64,000 nt of DNA from Botryllus schlosseri (Eukaryota), in assembly GCA_051294905.1 (NCBI GenBank), contig CM119372.1, positions 17,114,001-17,178,000 on the forward strand. The letters are read 5' to 3'. The position numbers were made by a program, and so were the translations under genes. Shown piece after piece: positions 1 through 12,470 of the stretch. The notes beneath the pieces were generated by a model. That model was not told the origin of the DNA. It saw nothing but the letters and a program-made list of their open reading frames with translations, and made no database searches. Numbering within the stretch: position 1 is the first letter of the stretch; every line of letters begins with the position of its first letter.

Positions 1-289
1 TATTTCTTGATAATGTATTCAACGACAAATGCATGTAAACGACGGTTTTCGGGTGTATTTCCGGGTCTTATGATGAAAGAACAATTTTAGGAAGACGACT
101 GGATACCTACTACGCAGCCGTTTGACTGAATATTTGGCAGAGAAATCGCCAGAAATGTGTCGATGATAACGCTCAGCAGACCATGTCTATCGACAATCCT
201 TGGGGTATAAATATATTTCGAAGAGTGCGAGAATGGTTTGACACCGGCGACAGCTACAAAGAATCATCATTTTCCAGAATATATGATCA

Positions 290-3240
290 CAACGAATAGT
301 AGAACACTTTTTAAAAAGATTTAGGCTCCGGACTCTACATATATCTCATTAGAATCGAATTGAAATCAGACATTTTCAAAATTTCGGTAATCCGGACACA
401 ATTATGGCCCCAGATCGACCCTTGGGACGTCGACTTGAATAATAATTTTGGTATTGATGGAATCGGCTAGACTAGTAGAATCCATTTCAAAAAGAATTAG
501 GCTTCGGACTCTACGTATATCTCATTAGAATCGAATTGAAATCGGACATATTCGAAATTTCGATAATCCGGACACAATTATGGCCCCAGATCGACCCTTG
601 GGACGTCGACTTGAATAATAATTTTGGTATTGATGGAATCGGCTAGACTAGTAGAATCCATTTCAAAAAGAATTAGGCTTCGGACTCTACATATATCTCA
701 TTAGAATCGAATTGAAATCGGAAATTTTCGAAATTTTGATAATCCGGACACAATTATGGCCCCAGATCGACCCTTGGGACGTCGACTTGAATAATAATTT
801 TGGTATTGATGGAATCGGCTAGACTAGTAGAATCCATTTCAAAAAGAATTAGGCTTCGGACTCTCCATATATCTCATTAGAATCGAATTGAAATCGGACA
901 TTTTCAAAATTTCGGTAATCCGGACACAATTATGGCCCCAGATCGACCCTTGGGACGTCGACTTGAATAATAATTTTGGTATTGATGGAATCGGCTAGAC
1001 TAGTAGAATCCATTTCAAAAAGAATTAGGCTTCGGACTCTACGTATATCTCATTAGAATCGAATTGAAATCGGACATATTAGAAACTTCGATAATCCGGA
1101 CACAATTATGGCCCCAGATCGACCCTTGGGACGTCGACTTGAATAATAATTTTGGTATTGATGGAATCGGCTAGACTAGTAGAATCCATTTCAAAAAGAA
1201 TTAGGCTTCGGACTCTACATATATCTCATTAGAATCGAATTGAAATCGGAAATTTTCGAAATTTTGATAATCCGGACACAATTATGGCCCCAGATCGACC
1301 CTTGGGACGTCGACTTGAATAATAATTTTGGTATTGATGGAATCGGCTAGACTAGTAGAATCCATTTCAAAAAGAATTAGGCTTCGGACTCTCCATATAT
1401 CTCATTAGAATCGAATTGAAATCGGACATATTAGAAATTTCGATAATCCGGACACAATTATGGCCCCAGATCGACCCTTGGGACGTCGACTTGAATAATA
1501 ATTTTGGTATTGATGGAATCGGCTAGACTAGTAGAATCCATTTCAAAAAGAATTAGGCTTCGGACTCTACATATATCTCATTAGAATCGAATTGAAATCG
1601 GACATTTTCAAAATTTCGGTAATCCGGACACAATTATGGCCCCAGATCGACCCTTGGGACGTCGACTTGAATAATAATTTTGGTATTGATGGAATTGCCT
1701 ATACGAGTAGAATCCATTTCAAAAAGAATTAGGCTTCGGACTCTCCATATATCTCATTAGAATCGAATTGAAATCGGACATATTCGAAATTTCGATAATC
1801 AAGACACAATTATGGCCCCAGATCGACCCTTGGGACGTCGACTTGAATAATAATTTTGGTATTGATGGAATCGGCTAGATTAGTAGAATCCATTTCAAAA
1901 AGAATTAGGCTTCGGACTCTCCATATATCTCATTAGAATCGAATTGAAATTGGACATATTAGAAATTTCGATAATCCGGACACAATTATGGCCCCAGTTT
2001 GACCCTTGGGACGTCGACTTGAATAATAATTTTGGTCTCGATAGAAGCGGCCAGACTAGTAGAATCCATTTAAAAAAGAATTAGGCTTCGGACTCTACAT
2101 ATATCTCATTAGAATCGAATTGAAATCGGACATTTTCGAAATTTTGATAATCCGGACACAATTATGGCCCCAGTTGGACCATTGAGACGTCGACTTGAAT
2201 AATAATTTTGGTCTCGATAGAAGCGGCCAGACTAGTAGAATCCATTTCAAAAAGAATTAGGCTTCGGACTCTACATATATCTCATTAGAATCGAATTGAA
2301 ATCGGACATTTTCGAAATTTTGATAATCCGGACACAATTATGGCCCTAGTTGGACCCTTGGGACGTCGACTTGAATTATAATTTTGGTCTCGATGGAAGC
2401 GGCCAGACTAGTAGAATCCATTTCAAAAAGAATTAGGCTTCGGACTCTACACATATCTCATCAGAATCGAATTGAAATCGGACATTTTCGAAATTTCGAT
2501 AATCCGGACACAATTATGGCCCCAGATCGACCCTTGGGACGTCGACTTGAATAATAATTTTGGTATTGATGGAATCGGCTGGACTAGTAGAATCCATTTC
2601 AAAAAGAATTAGGCTTCGGACTCTACATATATCTCATTAGAATTGAATTGAAATCGGACATTTTCGAAATTTTGATAATCCGGACACAATTATGGCCCCA
2701 GTTGGACCCTTGGGACGTCGACTTGAATAATAATTTTGGTCTCGATAGAAGCGGCCAAGCTAGTAAAATCCATTTCAAAAAGAATTAGACTTCGGACTCT
2801 ACATATATCTCATTAGAATTGAATTGAAATCGGACATTTTCGAAATTTTGATAATCCGGACACAATTATGGCCCCAGTTGGACCCTTGGGACGTCGACTT
2901 GAATAATAATTTTGGTCTCGATAGAAGCGGCCAGACTAGTAGAATCCATTTCAAAAAGAATTAGGCTTCGGACTCTACATATATCTCATTAGAATCGAAT
3001 TGAAATCGGACATTTTCGAAATTTTGATAATCCGGACACAATTAGGGCCCCAGATCGACCCTTGGGACGTCGACTTGAATAATAATTTTGTATTGATGGA
3101 ATCGGCGAGACTAGTAGAATATATTTCAAAAAGAATTAGGCTTCGGACTCTACAGATATCTCATTAGAATCGAATTGAAATTGGACATTTTCGAAATTTA
3201 GGCACCCGAATTACAAATAGGGCCCCGCTTGACCCGGGGC
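290..3240 (+). repeat. 176-bp tandem satellite array, ~16.5 units (left arm)
   Basis: The motif gacttgaataataattttgg recurs at 432, 608, 784 and onward (period 176). The unit contains ggacgtcgac, actagt and tccgga. Confidence 0.97.
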
Positions 3241-3320
3241 TTCTGTTCGTCCAGCACTCTGTTGACGAGCAACTGATATTGTACAGCTAATTTTCGCGCA
3301 TAAGTAATCTGTAGTAATGT

Positions 3321-3758
3321 TAGGGTTACAATACCTCCTTTAAAGAGGATTTGTCCTATTTTTTCACTATTTTGAAAGTGTCCCTGGAGGACCCCAAATG
3401 TCCTTTTTTTTAGATTTTGTCCTATTTATTGGCGAATTATGGTTAAATATTGGGTGAAATTCGACTGAAGTACAGTACATCGGCACCGGAGTAACGTTCT
3501 GGAGGACATTCCGGGAGCTGAGCTGGAAAGTCGACATTTTTGTCTATTTTAGTCAATCAACGAAGAATTCAACAAAAGTGTGAATTTCTGGAGCCAAGTC
3601 GGAAAATGACCTTTTTTAAAGTCAACCAACCACAAAGTCAACCAACCACAAAGTCGGGAAAAATTTATCATTTTTCCCCGATTTTACTCCGGTTATTGTA
3701 AGTCTGAAAATTTTGGAGATCTGTCCTCTATTCAGATTTCCGAAATATGGTAACCCTG
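3321..3758. mobile_element. hAT (Blackjack-like) MITE
   Basis: Termini tagggttaca...tggtaaccctg; TSD agtaatgt/attaatgt (7/8). A related right-end remnant ends at ~51563. Confidence 0.7.
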
Positions 3759-4752
3759 ATTAATGTATTAGATTTAGTTGAATGTGTGTTGTGATTGGCG
3801 CTTATCAACACTTCGGTCAAATGCACCCTCACGGTAATTTTATAAGGTTCGTGTCTTTTCGGTTTTTTCCTCCTTCGCCGTTCTTTTTCTGGTCTCTGCT
3901 GGCGGCTTGGCTTTCTTGAGTTCGTCTCTCTCTTCATCTGGGCTTGTGAAGGCGCTGAGGAGCCCAGATAGACGCATAGAAACACTGCAGACCCGAGACT
4001 ACAAACAGCAATCATTGGTGTCGGGACTGTAATGCTTAGCACACTGCGCCACTCGCTTCCCCTGTATTGTGTTGTATTGTGATAGATATTTGTATTAATG
4101 AAATTTGTGGTTCCGTGAAGGTCTCCAAATCGGCGTGTTCCGTGGGTTCTGCGGCTTGGTAAGGGTTAAGAACCACTGAGCTGACAGCTTCACGCTTTCA
4201 CCATTTAGGCCTACTTTTAATTCAGACAATACATCTTATGATCGGTTCAAGGTCTGTTGTCAGACAAAATCCATCAGCGGTGTGTGGATGGCACGACGAC
4301 GTAACTATGACATTTAAAATCATCAGATTATTAGGAATATTGCCACTGTTGTTAAAACTTGAAGGTTTCAGCACAAGTTTAACTCATTCCTAATTCAAGA
4401 ATGATAATTTCTCTCAAATGGCTTCGACCCCCTTCAGATGATTTGACGCCTGCAAAGGGGGTGCACCCCCAGTTTGAGAATCACTGTTATTGAAGAAGAA
4501 CTATTGACAGCAATGCTTGGGGCAACGCGGGGGTCGTAGCTGAAGCAGAGAATTATGTACATTTTTTGCCCTTAGGGAGTCGGTTTCAGACTTCAGAGTC
4601 GAAATCACAATTTCACTCACATGAGAGACGGTAGCCGGAGCGAGTCGTCAGTCAGAGTCGCAATGTTGAGTGCAGTCAGGAGTGGAGGGCGCATCTAAAT
4701 TGATGCGAGATCTCCAGCCCGCGCGGTAGCTACCGGTTATTGGAAAGGGATC

Positions 4753-5452
4753 CAGTGTTGGGATCAAGTCACCACCTTCGAGTCACGAGTCATTTCGAGT
4801 CATTGCACATTTCGACTCGAGTCGGGTCAAGTCAATTTATTTTCAAAAGTGACTCGAGTCAAGTCAAGTCAATCGATTTTTGGAAGTGACTCGAGCCAAG
4901 TCGAGTCAAGTCACAATTCAAGTCAAGTTGCCTTTTCGAAATATGGGCATGATTACGTCATTGCATTTTGCGAGCTGTCTGAAATACAGATTGAGTGGTC
5001 ATTGATTCCGAACCGATGAACAAAAATAGAGTTAAATGTACATGCAAGAAGGCGCTGTATCGCTCACATATACGTAGAACGATTAAACCACGTAAGTAAT
5101 TGCACAGCCTCAGTTTATACTTACCAGCTAAAATAGAAAATACAGAATAGAGAAACGAATTGATAAGATATGCAATACATTATCCATTTACAAATTGATA
5201 TGATACAATTCGAGCCTGCGCCAATGGTTTAGGACTATTTAGACTATATATTCGAATTTAATCTCCTTAAACCGTTTGGTTATGTAAGAGCAGAGAACAG
5301 AACTGCTAATTTTGCTACTAAATTACTTTACTACTAGTTTACGACAACGTAAGCTGTAAGCTTCGATCACTTCGATTGCAGTCACTTTATTTGTGAGAAA
5401 ACAGTGTAGGCCCAGTCAAACGAAAAAGGTGACTCGAGTCATCCCAGCACTG
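4753..5452. mobile_element. hAT MITE family A (cagtgttgggat TIR, gactcgagtc subterminal repeats), deleted copy in opposite orientation to the other two
   Basis: TIRs cagtgttgggat...atcccagcactg. The interior is the reverse complement of the copies at 28457 and 48061. TSD not clearly preserved. Confidence 0.8.
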
Positions 5453-6065
5453 AGAGATATATTGGTTGAGGGCCCTTTTACAACAGCGCGGCACAGGAAG
5501 GATGATGCATAATGTAATGTTACGCGATTTATGGATCTATATTTTATACCTATACGCCTCTAATCAGGCGTTGTTTTAAATTGAAAAAAATGAAAATATG
5601 AGGTGTCTCAAAACACTTTGTTTAAAACGTGTATAAAATGATTTTTTTCAAAGGCTGGATGTCATAATTGTGTAAATACTTGAGAAAAAGATGCAGTATG
5701 AGCCGTCGGACCACTTACTCTAGCTAGATATAGTCGAGCAGTTTAATCGGCACCCGGTTCAGAATCACTGTGACGCAGTCGATAGCCCAAGGGTCGGCAA
5801 CCTACGGCCCGCGGGCCGGATCCGGCCCGCCAAGCGAAATGTCCAGCCCGCGACGAAATAATTAGTTTCCAAAAGAATACGGCCCGCCGTTTCGTAATGA
5901 GTTCCAATCTGCAGTGCAGCACTGCTTGGAAAGAATGCGGCATTGCCCCGATATAAAGTATCCTACGTCGTATTAGTCTATTGTTACGCCGTAAAACTGG
6001 TGCGAAGGCGGTCGACTAGTAGCCTATCTCGTACTAAAAGTAGGAGATGGAGAATGTCTGTAGAG

Positions 6066-7197
6066 CAGTGGTTCCCAACCTTTTTCCACCCACGTACCAC
6101 TTCGAGGTTTTATGCAGTGCTCGCGTACCACCTACATAATTTAACATAATAACTCCGTAGGCGGTCAAAAATGTTTTCACCATTTATGACGTCATACTCA
6201 CGTATTTGAGCTATGTGAGGTGTAATAACTAGGGCGATTTTTTACCTAAAAATCAGAGGATTTTGACCTAAAGAAAACTTGATTTTGATGTTTTGGTTTT
6301 GGTGTTTTCGCACATAATGGTAAAATGTTGCAACTTTTATTCATTTCCGGTTGGGACTGTCTGTCCTTACGAAAAGGCGTTTTTGACCTAAAAACTGACA
6401 AATTCTGACATGAAAAAACTTTATTTTAACGATATCTGGCCCAGTAGTGACACCACGTATTACGGTAGAGTTCATTAAAATTTGTTGTAGTACAACGAAA
6501 TATACTTTCTTACATTCTCGGGTAGAAAAGTGTCTGTCCTTACTAAGTAGCTTGCCAAGAATGGAGAAATACCGTATAACAGCGGTAGTTGTTGGCTGAC
6601 AACACTGAAGCTGGGCGTACACTGCTGGTGACACATCATGTTGCTTCATACTGACAATGTTGTCATGCATCGCAATTTTTCATCATGCGCTTCTTGATAA
6701 AATAACCATGCAATGACAAGCAGTCTTGCTTCAGTTAGGACATCGCGGTACGTTGAGCATAACACCATATCTATTGTCAACCTATTTGTTTCATTTGACA
6801 GTTTATGATCCACGATGAGCAGACAATGGGCCGCCTACAACGGTAGGCATATAAAGTGGGCTACAAGCTGTAAAATATCAAAATCTGCGATACAAACGAA
6901 ATGGAGGGGTCCAAAAAGTTTTGGTTTTGTAAACAATTCTGACAATTTTTTGACTTAACGCTTAATTTTGTAAAGAAAAATCGCCCTAATAATAACAAAT
7001 TCTATGAAACTAGGCATTATCAGCCCGGGTTGATGAGATACATGGAATTGTTTTTTCACTAGTCAAAAAACTTCAAAAAATTCAAAATTAACCCAACTGA
7101 ACTAATAACTTCGAAAAAAGCAGAATCTACTCGCGTACCACCTGGAAGACCTTCGCGTACCACTAGTGGTACGCGTACCACAGGTTGGGAACCACTG
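6066..7197. mobile_element. hAT-Charlie (MER5-like) non-autonomous element
   Basis: TIRs cagtggttcccaacct...aggttgggaaccactg; perfect 8-bp TSD ctgtagag. Confidence 0.9.
6230..6988 (-). mobile_element. Nested hAT element with C-terminal dimerisation-domain remnant
   Basis: TIRs tagggcgattttt...aaaaatcgcccta; TSD gtaataac/ataataac. Minus-strand ORF 6341-6670 (CQPTTTAVIRYFSILGKLLSKDRHFS) resembles the hAT 'TS..VERxFS' motif. Confidence 0.8.
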
Positions 7198-8049
7198 CTG
7201 TAGAGTAGACTAGCTAGACCAGTGCTTATCAAGCGGGTGTATCGCGCAACCGAAAGTATACCATACTTTTTTATTGGTTTGCCACTCAGATAGGGTGCGA
7301 CAATAAAGGTGCCGTTCCTCTGCCCAGACGCAATGACAAAATCTCAAACTTTCCCTGTTTCATTAGATAGCCTAACTAGCCGCCGTAGGTTAGTCATCTG
7401 TAGTTTAATTCACCAGAAGACATTTTACGCCAAGACAACAAACCTGAATAATGTTTTGGACACAATGGTGAAAGCTGATTTTGTCTCACATACTGAATCA
7501 CCGACAGTTAGCCTACCTCAGATATTACTAGAAGCAGAGCATCAACAGGGCGATGTGTTGTGTATTGCCATGTTCGCGTATTACCCCTTATCAGCACAGG
7601 GATTTAGGGTAACTTAATCGGCACACACGTTAATAAATTGTCAACCTGGCATTTTCTAGTGTTTCTCAATGCAAAGACGCTAGTCTCATAGTGAATTTGT
7701 TATTTTAAGGGATTTTATATTGATAAAACCTTAAGGCACGATCATTGATACTAATTTCAAGGACTGTTTTAGCTTGAGCAAGTCAAAAATCTACGAAAAA
7801 TGTCAAAATTTATAATGTTTTCTTCCACTTACGGATGATGATTCCGGAACATGTAATTCACGCACCTATACGGGGCTCGTTCACTTTCGGCCCAAAATCA
7901 GTACATCCTTACGGAGAAAAAGGGTTTTTGGTCCGAAAGTGAACCAGCCCCGTCCTGGTATGGGTTCGTCATATTCCGATTTTAGAATGAGGCTGCGTGA
8001 TTCGCGGAATACCACTTTTTAAATGTTAATCACCTTAATAGCTCTCAGA

Positions 8050-11000
8050 GAAATGGATTCTACTATAGTCTAGCCGATTCCATCAATACCAAAATTATTA
8101 TTCAAGTCGACGTCCCAAGGGTCGATCTGGGGCCGTAATTGTGTCCGGATTATCAAAATTTCGAAAATGTCCGATTTCAATTCGATTCTAATGAGATATA
8201 TGGAGAGTCCGAAGCCTAATTCTTTTTGAAATGGATTCTACTAGTCTAGCCGATTCCATCAATACCAAAATTATTATTCAAGTCGACGTCCCAAGGGTCG
8301 ATCTGGGGCCATAATTGTGTCCGGATTATCGAAATTTCGAATATGTCCAATTTCAATTCGATTCTAATGAGATATACGTAGAGTCCGAAGCCTAATTCTT
8401 TTTGAAATGGATTCTACTAGTCTAGCCGATTCCATCAATACGAAAATTATTATTCAAGTCGACGTCCCAAGGGTCGATCTGGGGCCATAATTGTGTCCGG
8501 ATTATCAAAATTTCGAAAATGTCCGATTTCAATTCGATTCTGATGAGATATATGGAGAGTCCGAAGCCTAATTCTTTTTGAAATGGATTCTACTAGTCTA
8601 GCCGATTCCATCAATACCAAAATTATTATTCAAGTCGACGTCCCAAGGGTCGATCTGAGGCCATAATTGTGTCTTGATTATCGAAATTTCGAATATGTCC
8701 GATTTCAATTCGATTCTAATGAGATATATGGAGAGTCCGAAGTCTAATTCTTTTTGAAATGGATTCTACTCGTATAGGCGATTCCATCAATACCAAAATT
8801 ATTATTCAAGTCGACGTCCCAAGGGTCGATCTGGGGCCATAATTGTGTCCGGATTACCGAAATTTTGAAAATGTCCGATTTCAATTCGATTCTAATGAGA
8901 TATATGTAGAGTCCGAAGCCTAATTCTTTTTGAAATGGATTCTACTAGTCTAGCCGATTCCATCAATACCAAAATTATTATTCAAGTTGACGTCCCAAGG
9001 GTCGATCTGGGGCCATAATTGTGTCCGGATTATCGAAATTTCGAAAATTTCCGATTTCAATTCGATTCTAATGAGATATATGTAGAGTCCGAAGCCTAAT
9101 TCTTTTTGAAATGGATTCTACTAGTCTAGCCGATTCCATCAATACCAAAATTATTATTCAAGTCGACGTCCCAAGGGTCGATCTGGGGCCATAATTGTGT
9201 CCGGATTACCGAAATTTTGAAAATGTCCGATTTCAATTCGATTCTAATGAGATATATGGAGAGTCCGAAGTCTAATTCTTTTTGAAATGGATTCTACTCG
9301 TATAGGCAATTCCATCAATACCAAAATTATTATTCAAGTCGACGTCCCAAGGGTCGATCTGGGGCCATAATTGTGTCCGGATTATCAAAATTTCGAAAAT
9401 GTCCGATTTCAATTCGATTCTAATGAGATATATGGAGAGTCCGAAGCCTAATTCTTTTTGAAATGGATTCTACTAGTCTAGCCGATTCCATCAATACCAA
9501 AATTATTATTCAAGTCGACGTCCCAAGGGTCGATCTGGGGCCATAATTGTGTCCGGATTATCGAAATTTCGAATATGTCCAATTTCAATTCGATTCTAAT
9601 GAGATATACGTAGAGTCCGAAGCCTAATTCTTTTTGAAATGGATTCTACTAGTCTAGCCGATTCCATCAATACGAAAATTATTATTCAAGTCGACGTCCC
9701 AAGGGTCGATCTGGGGCCATAATTGTGTCCGGATTATCAAAATTTCGAAAATGTCCGATTTCAATTCGATTCTAATGAGATATATGGAGAGTCCGAAGCC
9801 TAATTCTTTTTGAAATGGATTCTACTAGTCTAGCCGATTCCATCAATACCAAAATTATTATTCAAGTCGACGTCCCAAGGGTCGATCTGAGGCCATAATT
9901 GTGTCTTGATTATCGAAATTTCGAATATGTCCGATTTCAATTCGATTCTAATGAGATATATGGAGAGTCCGAAGTCTAATTCTTTTTGAAATGGATTCTA
10001 CTCGTATAGGCGATTCCATCAATACCAAAATTATTATTCAAGTCGACGTCCCAAGGGTCGATCTGGGGCCATAATTGTGTCCGGATTACCGAAATTTTGA
10101 AAATGTCCGATTTCAATTCGATTCTAATGAGATATATGTAGAGTCCGAAGCCTAATTCTTTTTGAAATGGATTCTACTAGTCTAGCCGATTCCATCAATA
10201 CCAAAATTATTATTCAAGTTGACGTCCCAAGGGTCGATCTGGGGCCATAATTGTGTCCGGATTATCGAAATTTCGAATATGTCCGATTTCAATTCGATTC
10301 TAATGAGATATACGGAGAGTCCGAAGCCTAATTCTTTTTGAAATGGATTCTACTAGTCTAGCCGATTCCATCAATACCAAAATTATTATTCAAGTCGACG
10401 TCCCAAGGGTCGATCTGGGGCCATAATTGTGTCCGGATTACCGAAATTTTGAAAATGTCCGATTTCAATTCGATTCTAATGAGATATATGTAGAGTCCGA
10501 AGCCTAATTCTTTTTGAAATGGATTCTACTAGTCTAGCCGATTCCATCAATACCAAAATTATTATTCAAGTTGACGTCCCAAGGGTCGATCTGGGGCCAT
10601 AATTGTGTCCGGATTATCGAAATTTCGAAAATTTCCGATTTCAATTCGATTCTAATGAGATATATGTAGAGTCCGAAGCCTAATTCTTTTTGAAATGGAT
10701 TCTACTAGTCTAGCCGATTCCATCAATACCAAAATTATTATTCAAGTCGACGTCCCAAGGGTCGATCTGGGGCCATAATTGTGTCCGGATTACCGAAATT
10801 TTGAAAATGTCCGATTTCAATTCGATTCTAATGAGATATATGGAGAGTCCGAAGTCTAATTCTTTTTGAAATGGATTCTACTCGTATAGGCAATTCCATC
10901 AATACCAAAATTATTATTCAAGTCGACGTCCCAAGGGTCGATCTGGGGCCATAATTGTGTCCGGATTATCAAAATTTCGAAAATGTCCGATTTCAATTCG

Positions 11001-12470
11001 ATTCTAATGAGATATATGGAGAGTCCGAAGCCTAATTCTTTTTGAAATGGATTCTACTAGTCTAGCCGATTCCATCAATACCAAAATTATTATTCAAGTC
11101 GACGTCCCAAGGGTCGATCTGGGGCCATAATTGTGTCCGGATTATCGAAATTTCGAATATGTCCAATTTCAATTCGATTCTAATGAGATATACGTAGAGT
11201 CCGAAGCCTAATTCTTTTTGAAATGGATTCTACTAGTCTAGCCGATTCCATCAATACGAAAATTATTATTCAAGTCGACGTCCCAAGGGTCGATCTGGGG
11301 CCATAATTGTGTCCGGATTATCAAAATTTCGAAAATGTCCGATTTCAATTCGATTCTAATGAGATATATGGAGAGTCCGAAGCCTAATTCTTTTTGAAAT
11401 GGATTCTACTAGTCTAGCCGATTCCATCAATACCAAAATTATTATTCAAGTCGACGTCCCAAGGGTCGATCTGAGGCCATAATTGTGTCTTGATTATCGA
11501 AATTTCGAATATGTCCGATTTCAATTCGATTCTAATGAGATATATGGAGAGTCCGAAGTCTAATTCTTTTTGAAATGGATTCTACTCGTATAGGCGATTC
11601 CATCAATACCAAAATTATTATTCAAGTCGACGTCCCAAGGGTCGATCTGGGGCCATAATTGTGTCCGGATTACCGAAATTTTGAAAATGTCCGATTTCAA
11701 TTCGATTCTAATGAGATATATGTAGAGTCCGAAGCCTAATTCTTTTTGAAATGGATTCTACTAGTCTAGCCGATTCCATCAATACCAAAATTATTATTCA
11801 AGTTGACGTCCCAAGGGTCGATCTGGGGCCATAATTGTGTCCGGATTATCGAAATTTCGAATATGTCCGATTTCAATTCGATTCTAATGAGATATACGGA
11901 GAGTCCGAAGCCTAATTCTTTTTGAAATGGATTCTACTAGTCTAGCCGATTCCATCAATACCAAAATTATTATTCAAGTCGACGTCCCAAGGGTCGATCT
12001 GGGGCCATAATTGTGTCCGGATTATCAAAATTTCGAAAATTTCCGATTTCAATTCGATTCTAATGAGATATATGTAGAGTCCGAAGCTTAATTCTTTTTG
12101 AAATGGATTCTACTAGTCTAGCCGATTCCATCAATACCAAAATTATTATTCAAGTCGACGTCCCAAGGGTCGATCTGGGGCCATAATTGTGTCCGGATTA
12201 TCGAAATTTCGAATATGTCCGATTTCAATTCGATTCTAATGAGATATACGTAGAGTCCGAAGCCTAATTCTTTTTGAAATGGATTCTACTAGTCTAGCCG
12301 ATTCCATCAATACCAAAATTATTATTCAAGTCGACGTCCCAAGGGTCGATCTGGGGCCATAATTGTGTCCGGATTACCGAAATTTTGAAAATGTCCGATT
12401 TCAATTCGATTCTAATGAGATATATGTAGAGTCCGGAGCCTAAATCTTTAAAAAAAGTGTTCTACTATTC
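8050..12470 (-). repeat. 176-bp tandem satellite array, ~25 units, reverse complement of the left array (right arm)
   Basis: ccaaaattattattcaagtcgacgtcccaagggtcgatctggggcc repeats with period 176 and is the reverse complement of the left-array unit. Confidence 0.97.

Larger units (their letters stand above)
5786..7617 (+). mobile_element. Decayed hAT-Charlie-type element with transposase remnant, interrupted by younger insertions
   Basis: Left end aagggtcggcaacctacggcccgcgggcc is Charlie/SPIN-like. ORF 7309-7617 (CSLIHQKTFYAK..LNNVLDTMVK..EHQQGDVL) resembles the hAT CxxHQExLCAK..VMD.VVK region. Linking the end to the ORF, and the boundaries, are inferred. Confidence 0.55.

Noticed and set aside
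290..3240. CENP-B box in the satellite monomer
   Set aside because: TTCG motifs are present but none fits NTTCGNNNNANNCGGGN; centromeric function is unsupported.
290..12470. CRISPR array or coding repeat interpretation of the 176-bp arrays
   Set aside because: Units are contiguous near-identical monomers with no unique spacers, no cas genes and no ORFs, in a eukaryotic context.
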